Assembly (NCBI GenBank): GCA_963763775.1 | Contig: CAVXPZ010000001.1 | Coordinates: 96,001-160,000 of the forward strand | Reading direction: 5' to 3' | Source of the DNA: an uncultured Chloroflexia bacterium | GTDB lineage: Bacteria > Chloroflexota > Limnocylindria > Limnocylindrales > CSP1-4 | Length of the DNA: 64,000 bases | Part shown: positions 63,984 through 64,000 of the stretch, piece by piece | How the letters are laid out: each line of letters begins with the position of its first letter | How positions within the stretch are numbered: position 1 is the first letter of the stretch | Notes under the pieces: model-generated | The model's database searches: none | Seen by the model: the letters and a program-made list of their open reading frames with translations, nothing else | What the model was told of the DNA's origin: nothing | Position numbers and translations under genes: made by a program

Positions 63984-64000
63984 CGCGGACCTCCAAGGGG

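Noticed and set aside
63990-64000. Start of a tRNA (GGGG after a promoter)
   Set aside because: Only a few bases lie inside the window, so it cannot be supported

Overview
This is a very GC-rich bacterial chromosomal segment. Chloroflexota is a plausible source (inference from the split cytochrome b6-type petB, the rpoD insertion and the F420-type enzymes). Many single-base frameshifts, including in the essential dnaG, point to an unpolished long-read assembly. Housekeeping and metabolic genes include the ppdK 3' end, malic enzyme, glpK, an aldo-keto reductase and dnaG-rpoD. There are also three OmpR-type two-component systems, several secreted hydrolases, a MerR+VWA pair and an ApbE/ferric-reductase/ferredoxin/FNR redox cluster. 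Highlights: (1) A ~16.7 kb block (42.1-58.9 kb) ends in a MalT-like LuxR regulator, and five of its transcription units each carry an oriented 21-bp palindromic box (TTTCAsCy-N5-rGsTGATG). It contains a sulfatase and its maturase, SulP, DUF2252/DUF1269/DUF6325/SHOCT genes, an unannotated 51-aa repeat peptide and a strikingly PRMT1-like arginine methyltransferase next to Arg-rich small proteins. (2) Two GGDEF loci 16 kb apart share a 33-bp upstream element, and each lies next to a paralog of one small uncharacterised helical protein family. One GGDEF domain is divergent and fused to a QW-motif prenyltransferase/squalene-cyclase-like region. (3) Many genes have a leaderless-type promoter. No rRNA, complete tRNA, CRISPR array or transposase/integrase was seen.
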